A DNA stretch of 64,000 bases, from assembly GCA_964416095.1 (NCBI GenBank), contig CAYQCY010000002.1, positions 24,671-88,670 of the forward strand, read 5' to 3'. Positions 30,595 to 39,438 of this stretch are shown one piece after another. Position numbers and translations under genes: made by a program. The notes below the pieces were generated by a model. The model worked only from the letters and a program-made list of their open reading frames with translations, made no database searches and was not told the DNA's origin. Origin of the DNA: an uncultured Gemmatimonadaceae bacterium. Lineage in GTDB: Bacteria > Gemmatimonadota > Gemmatimonadetes > Longimicrobiales > RSA9. The stretch's first letter is position 1. Each line of letters begins with the position of its first letter.

Positions 30595-31019
30595 GCCGAC
30601 CGGCCACCCGCCGCCGAACGGGCCGCATCCGGACGGCCCTCCTCTTCGTCGCGCTGGGTGTGTCCGCGGCCTTCGTCGTCTCGGCGCTGGCCACCTACTT
30701 CGGGGACCGCGGCCCCGGCGCACCCGATGCCCTGAACCCCGCGGAGACCACCGTCCGTGTCGAGGTCCTCAACGGTGCGGGTATCACGGGACTCGCCCGC
30801 AACGCCACGACCCTGCTGCGGCAGCGAGGGTTCGACGTCGTCTTCTACGGCAACGCCGACACCTTCGGCCGGGACTCATCCGTCGTCCTCGCCCGCACCC
30901 ACGATCCGGCCGCCGCCGAGGCCGTCGCCCGCGCCCTCGGCATCGGCGCCGTCCGCATGGCGCCGGATTCGAGCGTGGTTCTCGATGCGACGGTGGTTTT
31001 GGGGAGAGACTGGCGATGA
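30591..31019 (+). CDS. LytR_C (LytR/CpsA/Psr C-terminal) domain membrane-anchored protein
   Basis: ATGA overlap with the upstream gene. N-terminal TM helix, then VRVEVLNGAGITGLARNATTLLRQRGFDVV. Confidence 0.7.
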   Translation: MSRPATRRRTGRIRTALLFVALGVSAAFVVSALATYFGDRGPGAPDALNPAETTVRVEVLNGAGITGLARNATTLLRQRGFDVVFYGNADTFGRDSSVVLARTHDPAAAEAVARALGIGAVRMAPDSSVVLDATVVLGRDWR

Positions 31020-31020
31020 A

Positions 31021-31171
31021 GCGAGGTGGGTGCGGCGAGGTGGGTGCTGCGAGGTGTGAACCGCGAGGAGGGTGAGTCGATGGGGTGAAGCGAGGGGGAT
31101 ACGGCGAGGGGGATACGGCGAGGGGGATACGGCGAGGGGATGAGGCGAGGGGATGAGGCGAGGGGGTTAGG
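31021..31171. repeat. G-rich 13/14-bp minisatellite (about 10 units)
   Basis: GCGAGGTGGGTGCG, GCGAGGTGGGTGCT, GCGAGGTGTGAACC, one 27-nt unit, GCGAGGGGGATACG x3 (31090-31131), GCGAGGGGATGAG x2 (31132-31157), GCGAGGGGGTTAGG. It spans the whole convergent gap. Confidence 0.9.
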
Positions 31172-32303
31172 GTGCCTGGCTGAGGTGGTGGAAGGGAGGG
31201 GGTGGTGACAGCTCGCTCTCGGCGCGGAGCTGGCCGCAGGCGGCGGCGATGTCCTGGCCCCGGTTCTCGCGCACGGTCACGTTCACGTCGTGACGCTCCA
31301 GAGCGCGGGCGAAACGGGTGAGGCGGTCGGGCGGTGTGGCGCTCCAGCCCGTGCCGGGGACGTCGTTGAAGGGTATGAGGTTCAGGTGGGCCTCGAATTC
31401 GAGGACGATGTCGGCGAGGTCCGGAACCAGGGCGGGATCGTCGTTCACGCCGTCGATCATGACGTACTCGAAGGTGATGCGCCGGCCCCCGGCCGCATCG
31501 AACTGACGGAGCGCCTCCAGCAGCTCGGGCAGGGGATACTTCTTCTCGATGGGGACCAGTCTCTCCCGCAGCTCGTGGGTCGGCGCGTGGAGCGAGATGG
31601 CGAGCCGGAACTGCTCCGGCCGGTTTGCCATCTCGAGGATGCCCGGGACCACGCCTACGGTGGAGACCGTGATGCGCCGCGCACCGAGCCGGTAGCCGTG
31701 GTTCAGCAGCATGAGCGCCGGCATGACGGCCCGGCGATTGGCCAGCGGCTCGCCCATGCCCATGAAGACCACATTCGTGATGATGCCCAGCTCCTGCTCG
31801 GCGGCGTACCGGCGCGCACCCCGGAACTGGGCCACGATCTCCGCGGTGGACAGGTGACGCCGGTAGCCCGCCCACCCGGTGGCGCAGAAGACACAGCCCT
31901 GCGCGCACCCCGCCTGGGACGAGATACACAGCGTGAGCCGGTCGTCCGCCGGGATGAGGACGGATTCGATGAGCTCGCCGTCGTGGAGGCGCCAGAGGTG
32001 CTTCACCGTGCCGTCCCGGGAGACGGCGGTCCGCGCGAGCTCCGGTGCCGTGAGGTCGAACGCTTCCGCCAGCGCCGCCCGCTCCGCGGCGGGCAGGTCC
32101 GTCATCTCCTCGAAGGCACGGGCGTCCTTCTCGTAGATCCACGGCAGCAGCTGGCGTATGCGGTAGTCCTGCTGCCCCCGCTCTTCGAAATGGCGTCGCA
32201 GGCGGGCCTCCATCTCGTCCGGCTGCAACCCGATGGCGTCCACCCGTTTCGTCTCTCTGGCGTCCACGTCCGCTCCGTCTCCGGTGTCTGGGTCCCGCCC
32301 CAT
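31167..32303 (-). CDS. rlmN: 23S rRNA/tRNA adenine-C2 methyltransferase, radical SAM
   Basis: CISSQAGCAQGCVFCATG radical-SAM cluster motif, with GMGEPLAN and RLNLIPFN-type regions. Confidence 0.93.
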   Translation of the reverse strand: MGRDPDTGDGADVDARETKRVDAIGLQPDEMEARLRRHFEERGQQDYRIRQLLPWIYEKDARAFEEMTDLPAAERAALAEAFDLTAPELARTAVSRDGTVKHLWRLHDGELIESVLIPADDRLTLCISSQAGCAQGCVFCATGWAGYRRHLSTAEIVAQFRGARRYAAEQELGIITNVVFMGMGEPLANRRAVMPALMLLNHGYRLGARRITVSTVGVVPGILEMANRPEQFRLAISLHAPTHELRERLVPIEKKYPLPELLEALRQFDAAGGRRITFEYVMIDGVNDDPALVPDLADIVLEFEAHLNLIPFNDVPGTGWSATPPDRLTRFARALERHDVNVTVRENRGQDIAAACGQLRAESELSPPPPFHHLSQAP

Positions 32304-32342
32304 TGTAGTCCGAAGCTGCGGAAACGTTCGTCGGCGTTTCGC

Positions 32343-32371
32343 TTGATGGGGTGTCAGGGGCCGGTTAATTT
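32343..32371 (+). promoter_or_regulatory. sigma70-like promoter of ptsN (TTGATG-N17-TAATTT)
   Basis: AT-rich island in the divergent rlmN/ptsN spacer. TTGATG 32343-32348 and TAATTT 32366-32371. Confidence 0.35.
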
Positions 32372-32413
32372 ATCAAACTTCTGCGCTTTGGCGAAACTCG
32401 AGCCGGGACGTAC

Positions 32414-32872
32414 GTGCTGCTCACAGAGCTGTTGTCACCGGAGCGTGTCCGCATACCGTTCGAAGCGACGGAGCGGGACGCCGTGGTCCGGGAGCTGGTG
32501 AACCTGCTGGCCGCGGACGGGGGCGTGACGGATGCGGACCAGGTCTACCGGGCGGTCATGGAACGGGAGGCGGTGCTGTCCACCGGGATCGGGCACGGCG
32601 TCGCCATTCCGCACGGGAAGTCGCGTGCAGCAACGGAGCTGAGCATGGCGGTAGGCGTGACCTCGACGCCGGTGCCGTTCGATGCGCTGGATGGAGAGCC
32701 GGTCCGGCTCGTGTTCCTGCTGGTGGGCCCGGAATCGGCGGCGGGTCCGCACATCAAGGCGTTGAGCCGGATCTCGCGGCTGGTGAGGGAGCCGTCGATC
32801 CGGGAGCGTCTGCTCTCGGCCGAGAGCGCCGAGGGCTTCCTGGACGCCCTTCGTGAGGCCGAGGGCGCGTGA
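32414..32872 (+). CDS. ptsN: PTS EIIA-Ntr type nitrogen-regulatory protein
   Basis: GTG start. STGIGHGVAIPHGK phospho-His motif. 152 aa. Confidence 0.85.
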   Translation: MLLTELLSPERVRIPFEATERDAVVRELVNLLAADGGVTDADQVYRAVMEREAVLSTGIGHGVAIPHGKSRAATELSMAVGVTSTPVPFDALDGEPVRLVFLLVGPESAAGPHIKALSRISRLVREPSIRERLLSAESAEGFLDALREAEGA

Positions 32873-33252
32873 AGCGGGTCTTCCTGGCGTACCTTCCTGC
32901 CGTGGCGTGGGCGGCCTTCGTGCTGGTCGTGGGCGGGCTGCCAGCGGTGCGGGCGCCGTCGTTCTTCGACTTCCCGGGAGCGGACAAGGTGGCTCACTTC
33001 GGCCTGTACGGGGTGCTGGGCGCCCTGCTGCTGGTGGGGCGGCACCTGGCCCGGTCGCGGCACCCGGGCGCGTGGCCGCTTCTCGTGGTGGCGATCATGG
33101 CTGCGGGGGACGAGGCCCGGCAGGGGGCCGTTCCCGGTCGCAGCCCGGAGGTGACGGACTGGGTGACGGATGTGCTCGGGGCGGGCGCGGGGTTCTTGGT
33201 AGCGGGGACACTACTGGGGTCGAAGGAGCGGGGTCGACGCGATGAGTCTTGA
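32869..33252 (+). CDS. VanZ-family membrane protein
   Basis: GTGA overlap with ptsN. Four hydrophobic helices. DKVAHFGLYGVLG and DWVTDVLGAGAGF. Confidence 0.7.
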   Translation: MKRVFLAYLPAVAWAAFVLVVGGLPAVRAPSFFDFPGADKVAHFGLYGVLGALLLVGRHLARSRHPGAWPLLVVAIMAAGDEARQGAVPGRSPEVTDWVTDVLGAGAGFLVAGTLLGSKERGRRDES

Positions 33253-35137
33253 GCTGGCGACGTCGTACCGGAGCACGCTGGCCGGTACGTTGCGGATCGA
33301 GGACGAGGGCACGGAGGTCCGCCTGGCGGGGTGGGTGCATCGGCGCCGGGACCTGGGCGGCCTGATCTTCCTGGATCTGCGGGATCGGTCCGGGCTGGTC
33401 CAGCTCTCGCTGGGTCCGGACTGGACGGAGGGTGAGGCGCTGGAGCGCGCCCGCGAGCTGTCCGCCGAGACGGTGATCCAGGTGGAGGGGGTGGTGCAGC
33501 CCCGTCCGGAGGGCCAGGCGAACGACGAGCTCGCGACGGGTGCGGTGGAGGTGCACGTGCGCCGTCTGTCGGTGTTGTCCCGGTCGGAGCCGCCGCCCAT
33601 CCCGGTGTACCGGAACCCGGGCGAGGAGCTGCCGTCGGAGGACCTGCGCCTCCGGTACCGCTACCTGGATCTGCGACGCGAGGCGCTGCGGGACGCCCTG
33701 GGGGTGCGGCATCGGGCCATGCAGTCGGTGCGGCGGTACCTGACGAGCCAGGGCTTCTGGGAGATCGAGACGCCGCTCCTCACCCGACGAACGCCCGAGG
33801 GCGCGAGGGACTACCTGGTCCCCAGCCGGGTCCATCCCGGCGAGTTCTACGCGCTGCCCCAGTCGCCGCAGCTCTACAAGCAGCTCCTCATGGTGGCGGG
33901 GTACGACCGGTACTTCCAGCTCCCCAAATGCCTGCGGGACGAGGACCTGCGGGCGGACCGTCAGCCCGAGTTCACCCAGATCGATGCCGAGATGGCGTTC
34001 GTGGACGAGGAGGATGTCTTCGCCGTCGGCGATGGCATGATGGCGGTGGTGTGGAAAGAGACCCTGGGTGTCGGGCTGGAAACGCCGTTCGTGCGCATGC
34101 CGTACGCGGAGGCGCTGGAGAGGTACGGCACCGACAAGCCGGACCTCCGCTTCGGCATGCCGTTCGTGGATGTGACGGAGCCACTCCAGTCCTCGGACTT
34201 CCGTCTGTTCAGCCAGACGGCCGGCACGGGGCAGCGCATCCGGGGTATCGTGGTCGAAGGCGGCGCCGACGCCCTCTCGCGCAAGGACCTGGACGCGCTG
34301 GCGGGTGTGGCGCAGGAGGCGGGCGCGCCCGGTGCCCTGTGGGTCAAGCGGACGGGCGACGGCTTCTCGGGCCCGTTCGCGAAGGCGCTCGTCGGCGGCC
34401 TCGATGAGAGGTTCCTGGACCGGACCGGGATGGCGGCGGGCGATCTGTTCGTGGCGGTGATCGGTCACTTCCGGACGGTGTCCACGGTGGCGGAGAGCCA
34501 CGAGGGCGCCACGGACGCCGAACGGATCGGCGGCGCGGAGACGGCCCTGGACGCCCTGCGCCGCCACCTGGGCGAGGCGCTGGGGCTCCGTGACCCGGCG
34601 AAGCACGTCTTCGCGTGGGTCACCGAGTTCCCCCTCTTCGAATGGGACGTGGAGGCGGACCGGCTCGTGGCGGCCCACCACCCCTTCACCTCGCCGCACC
34701 CGGGCGACGTGGACGCGTTGACGGCGATCACGGCGGGCGGCCCGGTGGACGGGGAAGGGGGCCGGGCTCTGTTCGACGCCGGCATCCGTTCCCGGGCGTA
34801 CGACCTGGTGTACAACGGCCACGAGCTGGCGAGCGGTTCCATCCGGATCCACGACTCGGAGCTCCAGCGCCATGTGTTCCGGGCGCTGGGCATGAGCGAG
34901 GAAGCGGCGGAGGCGCGGTTCGGCTTCCTGCTCGAGGCGTTCCGGTACGGGCCGCCGCCCCACGGCGGCTTCGCCTTCGGCTTCGACCGCATGGTGATGC
35001 TCCTCGTGGGCGCGGGGAACCTGCGGGATGTCATCGCATTTCCGAAGACGACGGCGGCCAGGGCCCGGTTCGAGGGCGCCCCGGCGCCCGTGGACGACGC
35101 GGAGCTGAAGGAGCTCCACGTCAGAATAGTGGATTAA
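33242..35137 (+). CDS. aspS: aspartate-tRNA ligase (class II)
   Basis: GWVHRRRDLGGLIFLDLRDRSG, FYALPQSPQLYKQLLM, GGFAFGFDRMVMLL. Confidence 0.95.
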   Translation: MSLELATSYRSTLAGTLRIEDEGTEVRLAGWVHRRRDLGGLIFLDLRDRSGLVQLSLGPDWTEGEALERARELSAETVIQVEGVVQPRPEGQANDELATGAVEVHVRRLSVLSRSEPPPIPVYRNPGEELPSEDLRLRYRYLDLRREALRDALGVRHRAMQSVRRYLTSQGFWEIETPLLTRRTPEGARDYLVPSRVHPGEFYALPQSPQLYKQLLMVAGYDRYFQLPKCLRDEDLRADRQPEFTQIDAEMAFVDEEDVFAVGDGMMAVVWKETLGVGLETPFVRMPYAEALERYGTDKPDLRFGMPFVDVTEPLQSSDFRLFSQTAGTGQRIRGIVVEGGADALSRKDLDALAGVAQEAGAPGALWVKRTGDGFSGPFAKALVGGLDERFLDRTGMAAGDLFVAVIGHFRTVSTVAESHEGATDAERIGGAETALDALRRHLGEALGLRDPAKHVFAWVTEFPLFEWDVEADRLVAAHHPFTSPHPGDVDALTAITAGGPVDGEGGRALFDAGIRSRAYDLVYNGHELASGSIRIHDSELQRHVFRALGMSEEAAEARFGFLLEAFRYGPPPHGGFAFGFDRMVMLLVGAGNLRDVIAFPKTTAARARFEGAPAPVDDAELKELHVRIVD

Positions 35138-35149
35138 CGCGAGGACAGG

Positions 35150-36136
35150 GTGGAAGGAACGGTCATCCAGCACAGGCTCCCGGCAGAGGGCGCGGATTAC
35201 CTCCTGCTGGCCGGGGTCAACGACGCGAACCTGCAGGAGCTGGCTCGGCGCTCGGGCTGTCGGGTCATCCTGCGGGGTGACTACCTGATCCTGTCCGGGG
35301 AGCTGGACGCGGTGGAGGGCACGATCCCGGTGGCGCAGCAGCTCATCGACATGGCCCGCATGGGCACGCCCTTCGGTGTGGACGACGTGCGTCGCTTGAG
35401 CGAGGAGCTGGCCGGGACATCGAAGCCGCTGGCGGAAGCGGACCGTGACGAGTTCCGGATCCTGCTGTCGGGCATGCGGAAGGTGATCACGCCGCGATCG
35501 GACGGCCAGCGTGCCTACCTGGAGGCCATCGCCGCGGACGACATCGTCATCAGCATAGGCCCCGCAGGGACCGGCAAGACATACCTGGCCGTGGCCATGG
35601 CGGTGGATGCCCTTCTGAAGAACCGGGTCAAGCGCATCATCCTTGCCCGACCCGCCGTCGAGGCGGGGGAGAACCTGGGCTTCCTGCCGGGCGACCTACA
35701 GGAGAAGGTGGACCCGTATCTGCGGCCGCTGTACGATGCGCTGGAAGACATGATGCCCCACGACCGGGTCCGGCGGGCGCTGGAAGCCAGGACCATCGAG
35801 ATCGCGCCCCTGGCCTACATGCGGGGTCGCACCCTGAGCGACGCCTTCGTCATCCTGGACGAGGCGCAGAATGCGACGACGGCCCAGATGAAGATGTTCC
35901 TGACGCGTCTGGGCCTGAACTCCCGGACCGTGATCACCGGGGACAAGACGCAGATCGACCTGCCGCGCCGGGAGGAGTCCGGACTGCTGGAGATCGAACG
36001 GATCCTGCGGGAGATCGAGGGGATCCGCTTCATCTACCTTGACGCGTCGGACGTGGTGCGACACCGCCTCGTGAAGGACATCATCGACGCCTACGAAGCG
36101 GCGGGATCCCCGGAGGAGGCCACCCAGGATGGCTGA
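35150..36136 (+). CDS. phoH: PhoH-family ATPase
   Basis: GTG start. Walker A GPAGTGKTYLAVA, with FVILDEAQN. Confidence 0.92.
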   Translation: MEGTVIQHRLPAEGADYLLLAGVNDANLQELARRSGCRVILRGDYLILSGELDAVEGTIPVAQQLIDMARMGTPFGVDDVRRLSEELAGTSKPLAEADRDEFRILLSGMRKVITPRSDGQRAYLEAIAADDIVISIGPAGTGKTYLAVAMAVDALLKNRVKRIILARPAVEAGENLGFLPGDLQEKVDPYLRPLYDALEDMMPHDRVRRALEARTIEIAPLAYMRGRTLSDAFVILDEAQNATTAQMKMFLTRLGLNSRTVITGDKTQIDLPRREESGLLEIERILREIEGIRFIYLDASDVVRHRLVKDIIDAYEAAGSPEEATQDG

Positions 36137-38390
36137 GCCGGTACGGTCGCTGAAGGACGCTCTCGCCTTGGTGAGCCGCAGCCCCGAGCGGGTTTGGCCG
36201 GACGGGGTCGTGCATCACGGCGCCCGGGTCGCGCTGCTGCTGGCGCTGGCGCTGGTGGTGCAGTTGCTGTTCCCGGCCGCCCCGATCCCCGACCTGCCCG
36301 CCCTGGAGCGGGGCATGGTGGCGGAAGAGGACATCATCGCCCAGGCCGACTTCCCGATCTACAAGACGGAAGCCGAGCTGGAGCGGGACCGCCAGGACCA
36401 GGCGGCCAGCGTCGCGCCCATCTTCGTGTACGACTCCACGGCGGTGGACACGGTCATCGCCAGGATCGACCGGTTCCTGGGCTTGGTGGATTCGGTGGTG
36501 GACCTGGACGCCGACTCCCTCGTCATCCGGGACGAGGTGCGGGCCATCCTGAACGCGTACGGCCAGCCGCGACCCACGCCGGAGGCCATCGACCTGCTCC
36601 TGGACGAACGGCGTCGCCGGGCCCTGGAGCGGTCCCTCAAGTCGGCGGTGCGGGACGAGCTGCCGCAGGGCGTGGCCGCCAGCGGCGATCTCGAGGACGC
36701 CGCCGCGCCCCAGATCCGGATCCGGCGGCCGGGCAACGAGCGCATCGTGCCGACCGACTCGGTGCGTATCGGCGCGGACTTCCTGAACCGGGCGGCCCGG
36801 TTCCACCTGGACGCGAGCCGTCAACCGGAGATGGCGGAGTTCCAGCGCCTTCTTCTCATCCGGTTCTTCGAGCCCAGCTACCGCTTCGACCGGGCGGCCA
36901 CGGAAGCGGAGCGGGAACGTGCGCGCCAGGCGGTTCCGCTCGTCAAGGGCCGGGTCCTGCGCGGCGAGCGCATCGTGACCGCCCACGAGCTGGTCGGCGA
37001 GGAGGAGATGGAGCGGTTCCGGGCGTATCAGCAGCACCTGGCGCGGACCGGGCAGCTCGACGGCGGGGCCGTGGGCCTCCGGGCCGTCGGCGCCTTCCTG
37101 TTCAATCTCACCGTCCTCTTCCTGTTCGGGCTTCTCCTCTTCTTCTTCCGGCGCGAGGTCTATGCGGACATGCGCCAGGTCTCGGTCCTCGGCTTCCTGG
37201 TCCTGGCCGTGGTGGGCGGCGCGGCGATCATCGCCGGGACCGCCGCGCCCAGCGTGCTGATCCCCATCGCCTTCGCGTCCCTCGTGGCGGCTGCCCTGTG
37301 GGACGGGCGTCTGGCGCTGAACCTGTCCCTGATCCTGGCCGTGCTGCTGGCTGGACAGGCGCCTTTCCTCGGGGTCTCGGTCCTGACCACCCTGGTGGTG
37401 GCGGGTGCGGCGGCGTCGCTGAGCGTACGGGTCGTGCGTCGACGCGCCCAGACGTGGGGGTTCATCGTCATCATCCTCGGAGCGTATCTCCTGAGCTCCG
37501 TGATCCTCGGCATGCTGCGGTCGTGGACGGTGGACGAGGTCTTCTGGACGACGGCGTGGGGCGCGCTGAACGCCGTGGGCAGCGGCTTCGCGGCCATGGG
37601 CTTCCTGCCGCTGTTCGAGGCATGGACCCGCATCACCACGGACCAGACGCTGCTGGAGCTGGCGGACGCGAATCGGCCCCTGTTGCGGCGGCTCTCCCGC
37701 GAGGCGCCGGGCACGTACGCCCATTCCATCAACGTGGCGAACCTGGCCGAGGCGGCGGCGAGCGCCATCGACGCCAACGCGCTGCTCACCCGGGTCGGCG
37801 TGTACTACCACGATGTGGGCAAGATCGCGAAGCCCCAGTACTTCATCGAGAACCAGCCGGGCAATCGGAATCCCCACGACAAGCTGAAGCCGGCCACGTC
37901 GGCGGTGGTCGTGCGGGGCCACGTCCTCGAGGGCCTGCGCCTGGCGGAGCAAGCGAAGCTGCCGGCCTCCGTCACGGCGTTCATCGCGGAGCACCACGGG
38001 ACCCAGCCCATCAGCTTCTTCTTCGACAAGGCCCAGGAGCTCGACCCGGACGCCGAGCTGGACGAGGCCGAGTTCCGCTACCCCGGTCCTCGACCCCGAT
38101 CCAAGGAGACGGCGGTGGCCATGCTCGCCGACAGCGTCGAATCGGCGGCCCGGGCCCTGCCGGACCCCACGCCGGACCGGATCCGGGAGCTGGTGGACCG
38201 TATCGTGAAGGTCAAGATGGACCTGCGCCAGCTGGACGACACGCCTCTGACCCTGGCGGAGCTCGGCGCCATCAAGGACCAGTTCGTGAGCGTGCTCACC
38301 GGGATGTACCACCAGCGAATCGACTATCCCGCTCCCCGGGAAGACGAGAGCCCCACCCCGGAGACGGCCCCGGTCGGCGGAACTCCATGA
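36129..38390 (+). CDS. 7TM-receptor HD phosphohydrolase (YqfF/PgpH family)
   Basis: Extracytoplasmic N-domain, seven TM helices, HDIG region AHSINVANLAE...YYHDVGK...AEHHG. Overlaps the phoH stop. Confidence 0.88.
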   Translation: MAEPVRSLKDALALVSRSPERVWPDGVVHHGARVALLLALALVVQLLFPAAPIPDLPALERGMVAEEDIIAQADFPIYKTEAELERDRQDQAASVAPIFVYDSTAVDTVIARIDRFLGLVDSVVDLDADSLVIRDEVRAILNAYGQPRPTPEAIDLLLDERRRRALERSLKSAVRDELPQGVAASGDLEDAAAPQIRIRRPGNERIVPTDSVRIGADFLNRAARFHLDASRQPEMAEFQRLLLIRFFEPSYRFDRAATEAERERARQAVPLVKGRVLRGERIVTAHELVGEEEMERFRAYQQHLARTGQLDGGAVGLRAVGAFLFNLTVLFLFGLLLFFFRREVYADMRQVSVLGFLVLAVVGGAAIIAGTAAPSVLIPIAFASLVAAALWDGRLALNLSLILAVLLAGQAPFLGVSVLTTLVVAGAAASLSVRVVRRRAQTWGFIVIILGAYLLSSVILGMLRSWTVDEVFWTTAWGALNAVGSGFAAMGFLPLFEAWTRITTDQTLLELADANRPLLRRLSREAPGTYAHSINVANLAEAAASAIDANALLTRVGVYYHDVGKIAKPQYFIENQPGNRNPHDKLKPATSAVVVRGHVLEGLRLAEQAKLPASVTAFIAEHHGTQPISFFFDKAQELDPDAELDEAEFRYPGPRPRSKETAVAMLADSVESAARALPDPTPDRIRELVDRIVKVKMDLRQLDDTPLTLAELGAIKDQFVSVLTGMYHQRIDYPAPREDESPTPETAPVGGTP

Positions 38391-38812
38391 CCCTCCGGGT
38401 GCAGGTGAACGCCCTCGTGGATGCGCCCCGGGCGCTGGTCGAGCCGGCCGTCCTGGCGACGCTCCGCGATGCCGGCCTCGGCGAGGCCAGCGTGTCGGTG
38501 ACTCTCCTGGATGACGCCGCCATCGCCGACCTGAACGACGCGTACCTGGGCCGGACAGGGCCCACGGACGTCATCGCCTTCGCGCTCCACGACGACGAGC
38601 CGCCGCTGGGCGACATCTACATCGGCGTGGACCGGGCCGGCGCCGAGGCGGAGGAGCGACGCATACCCCTCGCCCACGAGCTGGCCCGCCTGGCGATCCA
38701 CGGCACCCTCCACGTGCTCGGGCACGAGCACCCGGACGAGGAGCGGGAGTCCAGCGACATGTGGCGGCTTCAGGAGCGGCTGCTCCAGGCCGTGCTGGAG
38801 GAGTCCGGATGA
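38387..38812 (+). CDS. ybeY: rRNA maturation endoribonuclease YbeY
   Basis: ATGA overlap at 38387-38390. Zn motif HGTLHVLGHEH. Confidence 0.9.
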   Translation: MTLRVQVNALVDAPRALVEPAVLATLRDAGLGEASVSVTLLDDAAIADLNDAYLGRTGPTDVIAFALHDDEPPLGDIYIGVDRAGAEAEERRIPLAHELARLAIHGTLHVLGHEHPDEERESSDMWRLQERLLQAVLEESG

Positions 38813-39438
38813 ACACGCCGGGGCTGCGCACCCTGCGCCGCTGGCTCCTGGCCGGCCTCGTGGTCACGGCCCCCGTGGGCGTGACCGTCATCGTGCTGCT
38901 CTGGCTGTTCCGCACCCTCGACGGCATCCTCGGCGAGTTCCTGTTCAGCGTTCTCGGCTTCCGCGTCCCCGGGCTCGGCCTCCTCCTGCTGGTCCTGATC
39001 CTGCTGGCGGCCGGCTGGGCCACCGAGCGCGCCGTCGGGTCCCGGGTCCTCGGCTGGTGGCACGAGTGGCTCGAGCGCCTGCCGCTCATCAGCAGGCTGT
39101 ACGGTGCGTCCAGCCGCATCGTGCGCACCGTGTTCGGGAGCGGGAAGCGCTTCTTTAGCGGGGTCGTGTTGGTCCAGTACCCATCACCGGGGCGCTGGAG
39201 CATCGGCTTCGTCACCTCGGACACGCCGTCGCTGCTGACGGAGCAGGTCGAGGACGCGACGACGGTGTTCGTCCCGACGGCGCCGAACCCCACCTCCGGG
39301 TTCCTGGTCATCGTTCCCCGTCGGGACACGATCCCGCTTCCCATGTCCGTGGAGGACGGGTTCACCTTCATCCTCTCGGTGGGCGCCGTCGCGCCGGCTC
39401 CCGCCGGTGCCCCCCTGGAGCCGGAGCCCGGGTCGTGA
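38809..39438 (+). CDS. DUF502-family membrane protein
   Basis: ATGA overlap with ybeY. Two N-terminal TM helices. VFVPTAPNPTSGFLVIVPR signature. Confidence 0.75.
   Translation: MNTPGLRTLRRWLLAGLVVTAPVGVTVIVLLWLFRTLDGILGEFLFSVLGFRVPGLGLLLLVLILLAAGWATERAVGSRVLGWWHEWLERLPLISRLYGASSRIVRTVFGSGKRFFSGVVLVQYPSPGRWSIGFVTSDTPSLLTEQVEDATTVFVPTAPNPTSGFLVIVPRRDTIPLPMSVEDGFTFILSVGAVAPAPAGAPLEPEPGS

Noticed and set aside
31021-31171. CRISPR array.
   Set aside because: The period is only 13-14 bp, the units are directly abutting with no spacers, and there are no cas genes in the window. It is a minisatellite, not a CRISPR array.
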